64,000 bases of DNA from Desulfosudaceae bacterium (GTDB lineage: Bacteria; Desulfobacterota; Desulfobacteria; Desulfobacterales; Desulfosudaceae): the NCBI GenBank assembly GCA_963674745.2, contig CAXXDV010000001.1, forward strand, positions 2,368,001-2,432,000. The letters are read 5' to 3'. Each line of letters opens with the position of its first letter. The stretch's first letter is position 1. Below the pieces are notes generated by a model that had not been told where the DNA came from, did no database searches, and was given only the letters and a program-made list of their open reading frames with translations. Below are positions 20,262 through 30,914 of the stretch, piece after piece. Both the position numbers and the translations under genes were made by a program.

Positions 20262-22473
20262 ATGTCTAAGTTAGTTGCGTTTGCCGCCATTCAGGGCGGT
20301 TATAAAGTGGTATCCCAGGTGGAGGGCGAGTTGCGGAATGCGCTTGAATCCATGAGCGCGGATACCAAGGTGGAATTTCCCAATACCGGTTATTACCTGC
20401 CGGTTATTTACTCCCTGCTGGGCATGAAGGTCGAGACACTGGAAGATCTCCAGGCGCCCATGGCCTATGCCCGTAAACTGCTGCCCCCGCACATCAAGGG
20501 CAAAAATTATCTGCCTTACCTCGGGCCGCTGCTGGATGCCGGTATGGCTTCCATCCTGGCCTATGAAATCAAGGAAGCCTTAAGAATCGTCAAACAGCCT
20601 GATTTTTATTTCCCCGAGGAAGACCCGGATCTGGAAAACGGTAAAAAATGGGTCGGTCCGGCCGACGACGTTATCTTGAGAAAGCGTGGCGTGGAATTCG
20701 TGGACGGTTCAGCCCCGGGCTTTGCGGCCATGGTCGGCGCGGCCCCGAATCCCGAGATCGCCAAGATGATCGTGGAAGATTATCAGAAGCGCAATCTTTA
20801 TATTTTCTGTGCCGCCAATCACAACGGCACCACCATCATCGATCAGCTCATTGAAGCCGATGTTCAGATCGGCTGGAACACCCGTATCGTTCCGTTTGGT
20901 CCGGATATCTCATCGGCCGTATTCGCCCTCGGGTTTGCCAACCGGGCCGCCATGGCCTTTGGTGGTGTCCAGCCCGGCGATTACAAAAAGATCCTGATGT
21001 ACAACAAGAACCGTATTTTTGCTTTTGTCAACGCCCTGGGTGATATTGGTACCGAATGGGGTTGCGCGGCTGCCGGCTGCGTCAACTGGGGCTTCCCCAC
21101 CCTGGCGGATACGGATATTCCTGAAATTCTGCCGACCGGTATCTGTACCTACGAGCACGTGGTGGCCAATGTGCCTCATGAAGAAATGGTGCAGCGGTCC
21201 GTGGAAGTGCGCGGCCTGAAGGTTACGGTTTCCGAGATCGATATTCCCTGTTCATTCGGTCCGGCCTACGAGGGCGAGCGGGTCCGCGGTAAGGACCTTC
21301 ATTCCCAGATGGGCGGCGGCAAGACCCAGTGCACCGAGCTGGTCAAGTCGGCCGACATGAAGGAAATAGAAGACGGCAAGGTGATCGTGGTGGGCAAGGA
21401 TATTCCGGATCTGAAGGAAGGCGATACCCTGCCTCTGGGCATCTTTGTACAGATCGCCGGCCGCGAGTTCCAGGCGGACTTTGAGCCGATCCTGGAACGT
21501 CAGATCCACCATCTGGTCAATTATATTCAGGGCATTATGCATATCGGTCAGCGTGACATCTCCTGGGTCCGGGTCGGTAAGCCCGCTGTGGAAAAGGGCT
21601 TTACCTTGAAAGACATCGGCGTGGTGCTGCATGCGAAAATGCATCAGGACTTCGGCAAGATTCTGGACAAGGTCCAGGTAACGCTTTACACCGATAAAAA
21701 GGATGTGGACAAGCTCACGGCTACCGCGCGCGCCGAGTACAAGATGCGTGACGAGCGTGTCGACAAGATGACCGACGAAGATGTGGAAACCTACTACTCC
21801 TGCACCCTGTGTCAGTCCTTCGCCCCCAACCATGTCTGCTCCGTCAGTCCCGAGCGGACCGGCCTGATGCGGCGCTTACAACTGGATGGACTGCAAGGCA
21901 TCTTACGAGATCAATCCCACCGGCCCCAACCAGCCCATTATCAAGGGCGAATGTATCGATCCTGTGTTGGGTCAGTGGAAGGGCGTCAATGATTTCGTCT
22001 TTAAGGCATCTCGTGGTGCGGTTACCCATTATAACTTTTATTCCATGGTTCATGACCCCATGACCACCTGCGGCTGCTGCGAATGCATTGCGGCTACGCT
22101 GCCGGGCTTAAATGGTGTCATGACGGTCGGTCGCGATTACACCGGTGAGACTCCTTGCGGCATGAAATTCACCACCCTGGCCGGTGTTATGGGCGGCGGC
22201 GCGGTTTCACCGGGCTTTGTCGGCCACTCCAAGTTCAACATCACCCAGGGTAAATTCATCAAGGGTGACGGCGGACTGCTGCGCATGGTCTGGATGCCCA
22301 AGATGCTCAAGGAAGAACTCAAGGAGCGCATCGAAGCCCGTGGTAAAGCCATGGGTGTCCCGGATCTTTACGACAAGATCGCTGATGAAACCGTAGGCAC
22401 GACCGAAGAAGAAATCCGGCCGTTCCTGGAAGAAAAGGGCCATCCCGCGCTTTCCATGGATCCGCTCATGTAA
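20262..22473 (+). pseudogene. acsB: Acetyl-CoA synthase, split by a 1-nt insertion at about 21867 (possible sequencing error)
   Basis: FPNTGYYLP and CTLCQSFAPNHVC in the first frame; CGAYNW and PMTTCGC in the second; removing A21867 restores RTGLCGAYNW. Confidence 0.9.
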
Positions 22474-22575
22474 GCATGCGATTATCGGGACCGGGAGCTT
22501 TCCCGGTCCCTTCTATCGCATTCCGGGATTATTATCTGTATATTGATTATAGAATAAGCATATAAGGAGAGAAAA

Positions 22576-23922
22576 ATGGGTTTAACCGGAATTCAGATAT
22601 TCAAGCTCCTGCCGCAGACAAACTGCAAGGAGTGCGGGGCACCCACCTGCCTGGCCTTTGCCATGAACCTGGCGGCCGGAAAGGCAGAGTTGGACAGTTG
22701 CCCGTACGTATCGGATGAAGCAAGGGAACAGCTGGCAGAGGCCTCCGCGCCCCCCATTCGTCCCGTAAAAATCGGTAAGGGTGTTCGCGGCCGCGTTGCC
22801 GGCGGTGAGACAGTTCTTTATCGACATGAAAAAACCTTTTATAATTCGACCATCCTGGCGGCCCAGGTCAATGGCGATATTGCCCCCAAAGACCTGGAAT
22901 CCAAGCTGAAAGCCTGGAACGCCATTCAGTATGAGCGGGTCGGTTTGAACCTGCGGCCGGAAGTCGTGGCCGTCAAAGACACCGGTGATGCCAAAAAGTT
23001 TGCCGCTACAGCCAAGGTCATCGCGGAAACATCGGAATTCAACGTCATCCTGATGACCGAAGATGCGGCTGCCATGAAAGCCGGTGTTGAGGCCTGTGGC
23101 TTCAAACGCCCACTGTTGTATGCCGCGACTAAAGATAATGTCGACGATATGGGCGCCATCGCCAAAGATGCCGACCTGCCTCTGGCCATCAAGGCCGGGT
23201 CTGTTGACGAACTGGTGGAACTGTCCGACAAACTGACCGCCGCCGGGATCAAGGACCTTGTCCTGGATTCAGGTGCCCGGGAAGTCAAACAGGCGCTGGA
23301 AGATCAGGTCGCCATGCGCCGTGCTGCCTTAAAAGCGCAGAATCGTTCTTTGGGTTTCCCGACCATTGCCTTTGCCAATGAAATGGCGGGCAACGCGGAT
23401 GTTGAAAGCATGATCGCCGCCATGTTCGTCGCCAAGTACGGCGGCATCGTCGTCCTGTCGGACTTTACCGGTGAAACGGTCTTTCCGTTGTTGCTGGAAC
23501 GGCTGAACCTCTTTACCGACCCGCAGCGGCCCATGACGGTCACCGAGGGTATCTACGAAATCAATAACCCGGGCGAGAATTCACCGGTGCTGGTCACCAC
23601 TAACTTCGCCCTGACCTATTTTATCGTTTCCGGTGAAATTGAAAACAGCAAGGTTCCGTCCTGGCTGCTGATCAAGGACTCCGAGGGGCTTTCTGTTCTG
23701 ACTGCCTGGGCGGCCGGAAAATTTGCCGGCGATGATGTGGGCGCTTTTGTCAAAAAGTGCGGCATTGCCGACAAGACGAAAACCAGAGAGCTGATTATTC
23801 CGGGCTATGCCGCGGCTATTACCGGTGAGGTAGAAGAAGAACTGCCTGACTGGAAAATTACCGTCGGCCCCCGGGAAGCACCGCATCTTCCCGCGTTTTT
23901 AAAAGATAAAGCAGGCAAATAA
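22576..23922 (+). CDS. acsC: Corrinoid Fe-S protein large subunit
   Basis: LPQTNCKECGAPTCLAFA, TTNFALTYF and GLSVLTAWAAGKF motifs. Confidence 0.96.
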   Translation: MGLTGIQIFKLLPQTNCKECGAPTCLAFAMNLAAGKAELDSCPYVSDEAREQLAEASAPPIRPVKIGKGVRGRVAGGETVLYRHEKTFYNSTILAAQVNGDIAPKDLESKLKAWNAIQYERVGLNLRPEVVAVKDTGDAKKFAATAKVIAETSEFNVILMTEDAAAMKAGVEACGFKRPLLYAATKDNVDDMGAIAKDADLPLAIKAGSVDELVELSDKLTAAGIKDLVLDSGAREVKQALEDQVAMRRAALKAQNRSLGFPTIAFANEMAGNADVESMIAAMFVAKYGGIVVLSDFTGETVFPLLLERLNLFTDPQRPMTVTEGIYEINNPGENSPVLVTTNFALTYFIVSGEIENSKVPSWLLIKDSEGLSVLTAWAAGKFAGDDVGAFVKKCGIADKTKTRELIIPGYAAAITGEVEEELPDWKITVGPREAPHLPAFLKDKAGK

Positions 23923-24022
23923 ACAGGCTGATAGCATAAGATAATCCGGGAAAGACAGGCCACCCGGCCCGCCTTTCCCGGATATCTGTAACTAACCAAC
24001 CAGAAAATAAAGGAAGATCGCT

Positions 24023-24907
24023 ATGTTACTTATTGGTGAAAGCTTGAACGTCATTTCCAAAAAGATCGGTACGGCGTTCAAGGAACGTGACCCCAAGCCG
24101 ATCCAGGAAGAGGCCCTGGACCAGAAAGCCAGAGGCATGGATTACATTGATATTAACCTTGGGCCGGCCAAGAAAGACGGTCACGAGTTAATGCCCTGGG
24201 TCATCCAGACCGTGCAGGAAGTGGTTGATGACATACCCCTGGCGCTGGACAGCTCTAATATTGATGCCATTGAAGCGGGTTTGAAAGTTTATCAACCCAC
24301 CTCTCTGCCCCCCCTGATCAATTCCATCATGGCCCGTCCCGAGCGTTATGAAAGAATGATTCCCCTGGCAGCCGAGCACAAGGCCGATTTTATCGCCCTG
24401 ATGTGGGGCCCGGATGGCATGCCCCGGGATGAGAACGAGCGGGCCGCCCTGGCCGTGGAACTGATGACCGTGGCCAATGAGGTCGGTATTGGGAACGAGA
24501 ACATGTGGTTTGACGGCATTGTTACCCCGGTCAATGTTCAGCAGGATCAACTCATGAGCCTGTTGAATTTCCAGATGATGATCGGTGATATCGCGCCCGG
24601 TTGCAAAAGTACCTGCGGCCTGTCCAATATCTCCAACGGTCCCCCTTCACATCTGCGCCCGATCCTGAACCAGACTTACATGATCATGCTGGAACGCTAT
24701 GGCATGTTTTCGGTCATTTCCGATCCCCTGGATGAAAAACTGACCGAAATCGCCAAGGGCGGTCGTCAGGATATCCGTGACGTGGTTCTGGCGATCATGG
24801 ACGGAGAAGATCCGGATGTGGGCACCAAGGAGCTTCAGGACTATGCAAAAACCGCTAAGGTTATCCTGGGCCACACCCTCTACTCAGACTCCTGGCTGGA
24901 AGTTTAG
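24023..24907 (+). CDS. acsE: Methyltetrahydrofolate:corrinoid methyltransferase
   Basis: IGESLN, IDINLG, INSI and GLSNISNG pterin-binding motifs; last gene of the acs operon. Confidence 0.9.
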   Translation: MLLIGESLNVISKKIGTAFKERDPKPIQEEALDQKARGMDYIDINLGPAKKDGHELMPWVIQTVQEVVDDIPLALDSSNIDAIEAGLKVYQPTSLPPLINSIMARPERYERMIPLAAEHKADFIALMWGPDGMPRDENERAALAVELMTVANEVGIGNENMWFDGIVTPVNVQQDQLMSLLNFQMMIGDIAPGCKSTCGLSNISNGPPSHLRPILNQTYMIMLERYGMFSVISDPLDEKLTEIAKGGRQDIRDVVLAIMDGEDPDVGTKELQDYAKTAKVILGHTLYSDSWLEV

Positions 24908-24936
24908 TCACGAGCGTTACAAGTCGTTTATATTAC

Positions 24937-24990
24937 AAAAGCCCTTTTCCGGTGGTTGCCTTAGTCTGCCGGGGAAGGGCTTTTTGTTTT
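24937..24990 (+). terminator. Intrinsic terminator of the acs operon
   Basis: aaaagcccttttccgg...ccggggaagggctttt hairpin with a T tail. Confidence 0.7.
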
Positions 24991-24994
24991 CAGT

Positions 24995-25031
24995 CCCTTG
25001 ACCCCTCGAACCCTTGACCCCTTGAACCCTT
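24995..25031. repeat. CCCTTGAN octamer tandem array
   Basis: cccttgac ccctcgaa cccttgac cccttgaa ccctt. Confidence 0.8.
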
Positions 25032-25086
25032 TATAATGATCATATTTGCAAAGTCGAACATTAAAAAATGAAAGGGATGATATCGT

Positions 25087-25560
25087 ATGAGTGACAAAGC
25101 TTTCCAGGACTACTATCCCCAAGATCTGAGCTGGTGCTATGGATGCGGCAGTAACAACCAGCATGGTCATCAGATCAAGAGTTACTGGGATGGTGAGGAA
25201 ACCGTTTGCCGTTTCCAGCCCCAGCCCTATCATACGGCCATCCCCGGTTTTGTGTACGGCGGGCTGATCGCCTCCCTGATCGATTGCCACAGCACCGGCA
25301 CGGCCGCTGCCGCCGCCTATCGGGCCGAGGGCCGGGAACAGGGCACGGAACCGCCCCTGCGGTTCGTGACCGCCTCCCTGCACGTGGATTATTTAAAACC
25401 CACGCCCCTGGGCCCGGTGCTGGAAATCCGCGGCCGGGTGAAAGAAATAAAAGGTAAAAAAGTGGTGGTGGAATCCACCCTGTCGGCTGATGGGGTCATC
25501 TGTGCTAAAGGCGAACTGGTCGCCGTCAGGATGCCCGAGAGCATGACACCGGCATCATAA
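25087..25560 (+). CDS. PaaI/hotdog-fold thioesterase
   Basis: CYGCG, YGGLIASLID and VTASLHVDYLKPTP motifs. Confidence 0.85.
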   Translation: MSDKAFQDYYPQDLSWCYGCGSNNQHGHQIKSYWDGEETVCRFQPQPYHTAIPGFVYGGLIASLIDCHSTGTAAAAAYRAEGREQGTEPPLRFVTASLHVDYLKPTPLGPVLEIRGRVKEIKGKKVVVESTLSADGVICAKGELVAVRMPESMTPAS

Positions 25561-27255
25561 AAGCGACTGCGGTGTAAACCCCAGCGCCTGTCCGATGCGC
25601 AGCCGTTCGTTTAATTCCTGCTCGATGGGATTTAAGCCGGCGATGTTGTCCCCCAGTGCGCCGACAGGCCCGTTGGTTTTTTCCAGGACCGCGCTTTTCA
25701 ACCGGGCTTCGAATTGTGCAGTGGTTTTTCCCACAACAGCGGTCAGGGTATCCTTGATCACGTTATCGATGTTGGAATCGATATTCATCGAAAAATTACC
25801 GATGGTGCCCTCTGTAACGGCAGTCAAATTGAAACGGGAAGTACCGGACAATTTATCGATAAGCGCCTGACCGATCTTGTTCAGTTCTTTTTCCGGGTTT
25901 GAGGAAAATTGCGCTTTTGATAGGTCAAAGTTCGCTTTTGATTTGAGGTTGACACTTTCAATGACCGTACTGATGTCCCAGTCAGCCGTTGCCGAGGTCA
26001 GTGCCAGCGGAAAATCATTACTGCTGCTGATTTTAAAATCACGAATAGCCATACCCCGGGCGCTTACGGTCATTTCGTCTTTGGGGCTTTGAGCGTTAAT
26101 GTGATCCAGCTCACCGTTGATGTTAATGGCCTCAATGTTTTTCATCTGCTTTGATGATAAAACAAAGGTCATGGGCCGGCCCAGAATATGCTGCCGGTTG
26201 GTCATGTTGTTGATGGCGCCGGAGATTTCACCGGCCGGAGTAACAACAGAGACAGCAGCCCGGCGTACCAGAAAATAAGGCAGGGGTTCGGCTTTCCTGT
26301 CTTGTACCGTTGACGTCTCAGCCTCTTTCTGTTCGGATTCGCCCGAATCAAGAAGCGGCCCAAGCCGTTGGTACCAGGCCAATCCGGTTTCCACCCATTG
26401 GCCGTATTCCGGACCGAACAGCAGGGCGGCCATGTGGCCCATACCCTCGGGTGTCAGGGAGTATTTTTCTTTGAGCCGCTGGAAGTCTTTATAAGGACTT
26501 CTGGCGACTTTTTCCGCCTGCTCGCGGAGCCGGGCAATGCTGTTACGCACATCGTCCCGGGCCTGATGAATCCGGGCCAGATCATCGCGGATGTCTTTTT
26601 GAATTGAATTGACCTGTCCGGCGGCACCCAGGATTTCCTCAATACCCCTTTTCCCTTTAAGCGCCTCGATCCGGTCTTCATACTGACGAAGTTTTTCCTT
26701 GTCCGGAAGTTCTTTGAGTTGTTTTTCAAACCGGGATCTCTCTTCGGCAATCTGCTGTTTCAGGCGTTCGGTTTCTTCGATGGTCTGCAAGGGCTCTTTT
26801 TCCAGGATGGTTTTTACATCCGCAATATCCAGAGAGGGTAGCTTAAAAACAGACATTTCAGCATCTTTTTTTGCCTTTCCGGCCAGGCCGGGAACCGCTC
26901 CGGATGTTTTTCTGTCCGTATCGAACCGGACACCCTCGACGGCCATTTCATCGGAAATTATTTTTTTTTGTAAAAGGGGAACCAGGTGCATGTCGAACGC
27001 GATCCGTGATATGTCGACAGCGTTTTTCATGGGCGCGTCCGGGTTGGTGACCTGCATGCGCGTGATTTCAAGCCCGGCAGGGAAAAAAGACAGGTCAGCC
27101 TTGTCCAGTTCCACCCTGGCACCGATCACACGGGTGCCGGCCGTTTCGATGCCTTTTTTGACCAGGCTGTCCGCGATCAGTATGAAAAAAACCGGCAGCC
27201 CGACAACCACTACCATAATACCAATCAGCCATTTACTGTGGAGTATGTTTTTCAT
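25555..27255 (-). CDS. TIGR03545-like (AsmA-related) membrane-anchored protein
   Basis: N-terminal TM; GARVELD...QVTNPDAPMKN...RKTSGA; central coiled coil. Confidence 0.65.
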   Translation of the reverse strand: MKNILHSKWLIGIMVVVVGLPVFFILIADSLVKKGIETAGTRVIGARVELDKADLSFFPAGLEITRMQVTNPDAPMKNAVDISRIAFDMHLVPLLQKKIISDEMAVEGVRFDTDRKTSGAVPGLAGKAKKDAEMSVFKLPSLDIADVKTILEKEPLQTIEETERLKQQIAEERSRFEKQLKELPDKEKLRQYEDRIEALKGKRGIEEILGAAGQVNSIQKDIRDDLARIHQARDDVRNSIARLREQAEKVARSPYKDFQRLKEKYSLTPEGMGHMAALLFGPEYGQWVETGLAWYQRLGPLLDSGESEQKEAETSTVQDRKAEPLPYFLVRRAAVSVVTPAGEISGAINNMTNRQHILGRPMTFVLSSKQMKNIEAININGELDHINAQSPKDEMTVSARGMAIRDFKISSSNDFPLALTSATADWDISTVIESVNLKSKANFDLSKAQFSSNPEKELNKIGQALIDKLSGTSRFNLTAVTEGTIGNFSMNIDSNIDNVIKDTLTAVVGKTTAQFEARLKSAVLEKTNGPVGALGDNIAGLNPIEQELNERLRIGQALGFTPQSLL

Positions 27256-27331
27256 ACCAGACCTCTTTCGGGATAAGGGTTGGGGATTTATAAAATATAG
27301 CACCGCCGGTGGTGAAAATCAAAAGACTTTT

Positions 27332-29851
27332 CTACCGCACCCGTTTCCGATCAGCCTCGAGGATAACTTCGCGCAGGGCTTTTTCATTTTTGGCCCGCAG
27401 CCATTGGTGCTCGAAGTTGGGGGTCTGTACGACCTGGGCGATGGCGGACAGGGCCTGGAGGTGAAAATTGCGCTCGTCCTTGGTGCCGGCCAGGACAAAA
27501 ACGGCGTGAACCATGGGCGCGGAGTCGGAAAAGCGGATGCCCTGGCGACAGCGGGCCAGCAGGATATTGAAACGGTGGCTGCCGCTGATGATGATATGGG
27601 GAATGGCCAGCCAGCGACTGATGGCGGTACTGCTTTCTTTTTCCCGCTCCATCAGCCGGTCATGCAGCGACTGTGTGGGAATTTTCAGTGACCGGGAAAG
27701 GGCGTCGGCGATGATCTGGAACAGTTCCGCTACTTCCATCGGCTGATTGATATCCAGCACGATACTTTCTTCAATAAAGCGGTCAAACCTGTCTCTGGGT
27801 GTCCGGCCCGCGTCGACCGGAACCGAGTCCTGCCGGATGATCTGGGTTACCTCTGTCGCCAGCGATTTGGACGCAAGTTCCTTGGCGGCCACTTTGCCCA
27901 CCAGGTAAGCCAGGGCGTGTTCCCGGTTGGTATCAAAGCGCAAGGCCACTTCTTCCAATCGTTCGGGCGGACCGACCAGGGTTACCATGTCGCCCACCTC
28001 CAGGCGGGTATAACCATGGGACATCAGCATTTGGCCCTGGCGATGGATGGTCAAAATCAGGGTATCCAGCGGCAGGCGCAGGTCACGCAGGGCAATGCCA
28101 TGCAGGTTGGGATTGCGCAGCTCCACTTCCATGATTTTCTGGTTTGTTTCCAAACCCAGCAGCAGGGAGGCGGCTGAAGGTGAACGGACAAACTGATCCA
28201 TGAGGTTGACCAGGGCGGTGCCCGGGTCCACGATCATGGCGCCGAGTTCACGAAACCGGTTGATGTTGGCCAGTTCATTAAGTCTGACGACCAGGTTGGC
28301 CGTACCGAAGTGTTCATAGGCCAGTTCACAAATCCGGTAGTTCTCATCATCGGACAGCATGGTGACAATGGTTTCCGCCTCTCCGACCTGGAGTTGATTC
28401 AGGGCGGCCAGATTGATTTCATCAACGGCATGTATGTCAATTCCTGAGTGGGGGATATCTTCCGGGTGGACGCCGGGAGCGATGATTTTGACCTGCCAGC
28501 CGTTGTTTTTCAAGCTGTGAGCCAGGGCCAGGGACTGGCTTTCCAAACCGAAAAGAACCGCCTGGCGGCTGTCGTAAAAGTCACCTCCTTCGGCGCGGGT
28601 ATGTGTTTCTCCGGCCATGTTGATGGCGATTTTTAACAGGGGCGGGCCGATCAGCTGATTGAGCACGATGACGGCGATCAGTACGGTCCCCAGGGGGAGG
28701 CCCCAGTCCGGGAATTCGACCATTATCGCCTTGGCCAATCCCAGGCTGACGCCGGCCTGGGTGATATAGGCCATCCAGCCGATACGGTTGTGCCGCATGG
28801 GATCACCGGCGATGATGCCGCCGGTAAAAGCGCCGGCAAATATGGTCGCGACACGGACAAGCAGCAAAAGCAGGGCAATTTGCCAGGTATGTGCCAGAAC
28901 GTCCAGTGTCAGGGCGGCCCCGGTCAGGGTAAAAAAGGCGACATAAATCACCGGCCCGGTATCGGTCAGAATTTTTGAAAACTCCAGGCGACAATTGCAG
29001 TAATTGGTCACCATGAAGCCACCGATCATACAGATCAACAGCGGCTCGACCATGATTTCCACGGGCAGCCAGGCGTGGGAGGCGTTCCGCAGCGCGGCCG
29101 ACAACAGGTAAACACTGTAACCGATGGATACGATCAGGAAGGCTTTGATGTTGCTGCCGGCCGGCAGGGCCAGAAGATGAATCATGACTTGCCCCAGCAG
29201 AAACCCGAAAAAGATCGAAAGCGTCAATTCGGTCAGCAGGACCAGGAAAAACCGGAAATCAATACCGAGGCCGGTCATCAGGCCGTCGGCAATGGATACG
29301 TTGGTCGCAAACAGGGTAATGACGACCACATCGGTGATCATGGTCACACCGATGACCGTTTGGGTAAAGGGCCCCTTGGCCCGGAGCTCATTGATAACCG
29401 CCATGACCGAAGATGGTGAACGGGCCACCAGAATGGATCCGGCCAGCAGGGATACGGCCACACGGCCCGCGGTGGTCATGTCTCGCATGAAAGGAATCAA
29501 ATCAGACATCAGAAACATGATGCCGCTACAGACGATAAATGTACTGACAACCAGTCCGATGGTGATCCACTGGATGCTTTTTAAGCGGTCTTTCAGGTCT
29601 TTGAGGTACAACTGACTGCCGGCGGCAAAAGCGATAAAGGCCAGGGCGATTTCATCGATAAAACGCAGGCCGGCCACGGCTTCGGCTGATATCAGCCCCA
29701 GGACGTAAGGCCCGGCGAGGATGCCGGTGAACAAAAAGCCGCTGATCAGGGGCAGCGATGTTTTGCCGATAAAATCGCCCAGCTGTCTTGAAGCCAGGGC
29801 GATGATCGCAAAACTGAGCACGATGGCCAGCAGGTTTAAATACGGTTCCAT
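27332..29851 (-). CDS. Cation:proton antiporter fused to RCK-N, RCK-C and PTS EIIA domains
   Basis: About 410 aa of TM region (GILAGPYVLG, QAGVSLGL); SDDENY TrkA-N; LEVGD TrkA-C; REKESST...AIPH EIIA. Confidence 0.85.
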   Translation of the reverse strand: MEPYLNLLAIVLSFAIIALASRQLGDFIGKTSLPLISGFLFTGILAGPYVLGLISAEAVAGLRFIDEIALAFIAFAAGSQLYLKDLKDRLKSIQWITIGLVVSTFIVCSGIMFLMSDLIPFMRDMTTAGRVAVSLLAGSILVARSPSSVMAVINELRAKGPFTQTVIGVTMITDVVVITLFATNVSIADGLMTGLGIDFRFFLVLLTELTLSIFFGFLLGQVMIHLLALPAGSNIKAFLIVSIGYSVYLLSAALRNASHAWLPVEIMVEPLLICMIGGFMVTNYCNCRLEFSKILTDTGPVIYVAFFTLTGAALTLDVLAHTWQIALLLLLVRVATIFAGAFTGGIIAGDPMRHNRIGWMAYITQAGVSLGLAKAIMVEFPDWGLPLGTVLIAVIVLNQLIGPPLLKIAINMAGETHTRAEGGDFYDSRQAVLFGLESQSLALAHSLKNNGWQVKIIAPGVHPEDIPHSGIDIHAVDEINLAALNQLQVGEAETIVTMLSDDENYRICELAYEHFGTANLVVRLNELANINRFRELGAMIVDPGTALVNLMDQFVRSPSAASLLLGLETNQKIMEVELRNPNLHGIALRDLRLPLDTLILTIHRQGQMLMSHGYTRLEVGDMVTLVGPPERLEEVALRFDTNREHALAYLVGKVAAKELASKSLATEVTQIIRQDSVPVDAGRTPRDRFDRFIEESIVLDINQPMEVAELFQIIADALSRSLKIPTQSLHDRLMEREKESSTAISRWLAIPHIIISGSHRFNILLARCRQGIRFSDSAPMVHAVFVLAGTKDERNFHLQALSAIAQVVQTPNFEHQWLRAKNEKALREVILEADRKRVR

Positions 29852-29929
29852 AAATTTAAGGTCTCGTAAAAAATGTTCCGGGTCAGCAGCGTATCGCCGG
29901 TCACGGATTTTTTACCGGGCCGTTCTTTT

Positions 29930-30490
29930 TTACAGGAAATCCTTAATGGTCAAGACTGAATACACCGGCACATCCAGGGCCTCAATATTCTGTCGGCCGT
30001 TTTCTTCGCATCTGTCCAGCAGTGCGATGACGCCCAGCACAATCAGGCCGTGGTCCTGTGCGACGCGGATGGCCTTGATGGTGGAACCACCGGTGGTGAT
30101 GACGTCTTCGGTGATGATGACCCCGTCATCCGGCTTGATGTGGCCTTCGATCTGCAGGCCGGTACCATGGCCCTTGGGCTCTTTCCTGATGGAGAAACCC
30201 TCTATTTTTTTATTGTTCAAATGAAAGGTATGGGCCACGGCAAACGAGATGGGGTCGGCGCCCATGGTCAGGCCGCCAATGCCGGCCGGCGTAAGTGAAA
30301 GCGCTTCGATCAGTTCGTAAATCATGCTGCCGACCAGAAATTGGCCTTCGGAATAACAGGTCACCTGTTTAAGGTTAAAATAAAAACAGCTTTTTTTCCC
30401 GGAGGAAAGGGTGATCTCCGGGGTTTTTGTTTGTCTGAAGGCGCGGTCCTTTATGAGTTCTATGAGTCGATCTTTTTTGTCCATGTCCAT
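29930..30490 (-). CDS. pyrE: Orotate phosphoribosyltransferase
   Basis: LSSGKKS, RKEPKGHG and EDVITTGGS motifs. Confidence 0.93.
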   Translation of the reverse strand: MDMDKKDRLIELIKDRAFRQTKTPEITLSSGKKSCFYFNLKQVTCYSEGQFLVGSMIYELIEALSLTPAGIGGLTMGADPISFAVAHTFHLNNKKIEGFSIRKEPKGHGTGLQIEGHIKPDDGVIITEDVITTGGSTIKAIRVAQDHGLIVLGVIALLDRCEENGRQNIEALDVPVYSVLTIKDFL

Positions 30491-30514
30491 CGTTTTCTCC
30501 AAAATAATAAAGGG

Positions 30515-30721
30515 CTACTGGTTGCCCAGGCCATTGAGCTGCCCGCATTCCGGGCAGACCCAGTTAATGCCGTTGCAGGAAAGACCCCAGAAATTTTCAT
30601 ACATACAGTCCTGGCAAATCGCGAAATTACAATGCCGGCATTGCCAGCAGAAGGGGTGGTCCTTTTTACAGCAGTCGCATTGATTTTTTTTCCTGGCTTT
30701 TCTTTTTGATCGGTATGACAT
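30515..30721 (-). CDS. Small Cys-rich (zinc-finger-like) protein
   Basis: 68 aa with 11 Cys including several CxxC; ends 24 nt before the pyrE start. Confidence 0.6.
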   Translation of the reverse strand: MSYRSKRKARKKNQCDCCKKDHPFCWQCRHCNFAICQDCMYENFWGLSCNGINWVCPECGQLNGLGNQ

Positions 30722-30914
30722 GATATTCGTTTGTCCCGCCACTAATGCGATGTGTATTTTAATTGTTCACATGTTTCATTCCAATGATCAAGTCTATCAT
30801 GGCTTGATGAACCCGAAAAGCGCAATTTTGTTCCCCTCAAAAAGCCATCATTTAAATTGCATCCCCGCGGCATTACATGGTATAGCAGAGGGGAATATTT
30901 TGGAGATCAGGTGA

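Noticed and set aside
21864..21870. TGA next to the acsB Cys codon as possible selenocysteine
   Set aside because: The TGA is not in the upstream reading frame, and the Cys codon TGC is itself present; a frameshift explains the break
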